Assembly: GCA_963713925.1 (NCBI GenBank)
Contig: OY970212.1
Span: 480,001-544,000, forward strand
Origin: an uncultured bacterium
GTDB lineage: Bacteria > Babelota > Babeliae > Babelales > Vermiphilaceae
Reading direction: 5' to 3'
Length of the DNA: 64,000 bases
Notes under the pieces: model-generated
What the model saw: only the letters and a program-made list of their open reading frames with translations
Databases searched by the model: none
Told to the model about the DNA's origin: nothing
Shown here: in pieces, positions 62,034 through 64,000 of the stretch
How the letters are laid out: the number at the start of each line of letters is the position of its first letter
How positions within the stretch are numbered: the first letter of the stretch is position 1
Position numbers and translations under genes: made by a program

Positions 62034-62414
62034 ATGGCATACAAAAAAACAAAAAAAGTGCGCAGAAATATTGACTCCGCAGTAGTGCACGTTAAATCGA
62101 GTTTCAACAACACTCTCGTTTCAGTCACCACTATGGAGGGTGATGTTCTCTTGCGTGGAAGCGCAGGAAAAATGGGGTTTAAGGGATCCAGAAAAGGTAC
62201 TCCGTTTGTAGCGGGTCAAATTGCATCACAATTAGCAAAAGAAATGCAAGGCATGGGCATCAGAAATTGTGAAGTTAACTTGCAAGGTCCGGGTTCCGGT
62301 CGAGATGCCGTTCCGCGTTCACTTCAAGCATCCGGTGTTAACGTAACAATCCTTCGAGATGTCACTCCGTTGCCTCATAACGGATGCCGTCCACCTAAAA
62401 AACGTCGTGTGTAA
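62034..62414 (+). CDS. rpsK: 30S ribosomal protein S11
   Basis: SFNNT, GPGSGR, DVTPLPHNGCRPPKKRRV. Confidence 0.98.
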   Translation: MAYKKTKKVRRNIDSAVVHVKSSFNNTLVSVTTMEGDVLLRGSAGKMGFKGSRKGTPFVAGQIASQLAKEMQGMGIRNCEVNLQGPGSGRDAVPRSLQASGVNVTILRDVTPLPHNGCRPPKKRRV

Positions 62415-62454
62415 TTGCATCTGTTTTACATTTTTTAATGAGTTTTAGAATATT

Positions 62455-63012
62455 ATGGAACCAAGAACTTCAAAAGTAGCAAAAAGCGAAACTACTGGTG
62501 CAAAAAAAGCACCTCGTAAACTTTCCGCTTACGGTCGTCAGTTGGAAGAAAAACAAAAAGTAAAAGAAATGTACGGCTTGCGTGAACGCCAATTTAAACG
62601 TTTCTTTGATATGGCCGCTCGTAAACGTGAAGGTGTTACCGGGGAAAAATTATTAGCTTTCCTTGAACGCCGTTTAGACAATACCGTCTATCGTCTCAAG
62701 CTTGCGACAACACGTATTCAGTCACGTCAGTTGGTTACACATGGCCACATTTTAGTAAATGGACAAAAAGTATCATCACCGTCATACCTTGTTGCAATTG
62801 ATGATGTGATTTCTTTGGCTCCTAATGTTTTGACTAAAAAACTGTTTGTTGAACAAGTTATCGACAAACGACTCAATTTGGCAGTCAAAGTGCCAGATTG
62901 GCTCGAGCTTAACAAATCGGAAAGAACCGGGAAAGTATTACGCAGCCCGGTACGTTCAGATATTCAAGCGCCAATTGAAGAATATCTCATCGTCGAATTG
63001 TATTCTAAATAA
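62455..63012 (+). CDS. rpsD: 30S ribosomal protein S4 (N-terminally shortened)
   Basis: [32 protein letters not shown]. Confidence 0.96.
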   Translation: MEPRTSKVAKSETTGAKKAPRKLSAYGRQLEEKQKVKEMYGLRERQFKRFFDMAARKREGVTGEKLLAFLERRLDNTVYRLKLATTRIQSRQLVTHGHILVNGQKVSSPSYLVAIDDVISLAPNVLTKKLFVEQVIDKRLNLAVKVPDWLELNKSERTGKVLRSPVRSDIQAPIEEYLIVELYSK

Positions 63013-63069
63013 TTAGATTCAAACAGTTTTAAATGTGTATAAAATCAATGCTCGGGTAGCGGAGGTTTC

Positions 63070-64000
63070 ATGAATAAAAAAGAATATAGACCATTAATAA
63101 TTCCTCAGTTGAGCTGGAATAAGAAAGCATTAACTGATTCATACGGTGAATTGATAGCTCAACCATTAGAAACCGGTTTTGGAACAACTCTCGGTAATGC
63201 GTTACGACGTGTATTGCTTGGTGGAGTTGAAGGTTCCGCGGTGACTTCTGTGATTATTAAAGGTGTCAACAACGAGTTTTCGACGCTGCCCGGTGTTATT
63301 GAAGATATAATGCAATTGATTCTCAATATTAAAGGCATTGTAATTCGTAACAATGAGGGAAGAGCTGGCAAGATGTCTCTTCACATTAAAGGTGAAGGTG
63401 TTGCACGTGTGGCAGATATCAAAGCTGATGAGCATCTTGAGTTGATTAATAAAGATCATATCATTGGTCATGTATCAGAAGGCGGGGAGCTTGATATTGA
63501 GTTTTTTGTTGAAACCGGTCGTGGGTATCAACCAGCTCAATGGCCTGCTGGACAATCGTTACAAGAAAATGGTCGCATTTATATTGACGCAATGTTTACT
63601 CCTATTCGTCAGGTTTCTTACGAAATAGAAAAAACTCGTGTTGGACAAGATATCGACTATGATAAATTGATCTTGAAAATTCATACAGACGGTTCAGAAA
63701 ACCCTGTTGATATGGTGCATTATGCTGTCTCAGTATTGCGTACGCAACTTGAGCATTTCTTAAAGAGTGCAGAGATTCCGTTTAATGAAATTTCAAAAAT
63801 TCCAGATCAGGTAGAATCAGAAGAACCGGCACAATTAGATCAATATGGATTGAAAGGTATTCCAGTTGACCTATTGATGAAGCCTATTGAAGAGCTTGAG
63901 CTTTCGGTTCGTGCGCACAATTGCTTAGTTAATGCAGGTATTAAACGTATCCTTGATTTGGTAAATATGACTGAAGATGAAGGCTTGAAAATCAAAAATT
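63070..64000 (+). CDS. rpoA: DNA-directed RNA polymerase alpha subunit (runs off window end)
   Basis: Manual translation after GGAGG: MNKKEY...PLETGFGTTLGNALRRVLL...EFSTLPGVIED...ELELSVRAHNCL. Confidence 0.97.
   Translation, partial: MNKKEYRPLIIPQLSWNKKALTDSYGELIAQPLETGFGTTLGNALRRVLLGGVEGSAVTSVIIKGVNNEFSTLPGVIEDIMQLILNIKGIVIRNNEGRAGKMSLHIKGEGVARVADIKADEHLELINKDHIIGHVSEGGELDIEFFVETGRGYQPAQWPAGQSLQENGRIYIDAMFTPIRQVSYEIEKTRVGQDIDYDKLILKIHTDGSENPVDMVHYAVSVLRTQLEHFLKSAEIPFNEISKIPDQVESEEPAQLDQYGLKGIPVDLLMKPIEELELSVRAHNCLVNAGIKRILDLVNMTEDEGLKIKN

Overview
Bacterial chromosome segment (standard code, roughly 40% GC by eye). It is framed by two core clusters: rplJ-rplL-rpoB-rpoC-tRNA-Val-rpsO-pnp-rph-holA (1-13.7 kb) and the str/S10/spc/alpha ribosomal superoperon (45.3-64 kb). 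Between them lie housekeeping genes (glmM, trpS, pcrA/uvrD, hflX, ffh-rpsP-khpA-trmD-rplS, murC, merR-like, yidC-recR, pepP, NhaC-like transporter, rplM, rseP) and about a dozen orphan signal-peptide proteins, including two WD40-like paralogs. The content suggests a host-associated, reduced-genome bacterium, most plausibly Ca. Dependentiae/Babeliae (TM6); this is inference and was not verified. The most notable signal is three small palindromic repeat families. Family A is a GGG(T/C)-tagged CCCC-stem-GGGG(T) hairpin. It clusters in leaders of translation genes, forms a ~31-bp-period tandem array, and sits in frame inside murC (possibly also merR), like Rickettsia palindromic elements. Family B is a CCTGTC..CGCCATAGC..GCGAAGGCGGA REP-like unit nested inside family A loops. 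Family C is a set of CGTTCG REP-doublet (REPIN/MITE-like) elements, one carrying a nested family A copy. Other oddities: an 8-Cys insertion in RpoB, a TrmD-SPOUT double methyltransferase fusion, an N-terminally truncated uS4, rpmD/rimM/rpsI missing from their usual positions, and shared N- and C-terminal motifs on the orphan secreted proteins. No transposase, integrase, CRISPR array or rRNA was seen.
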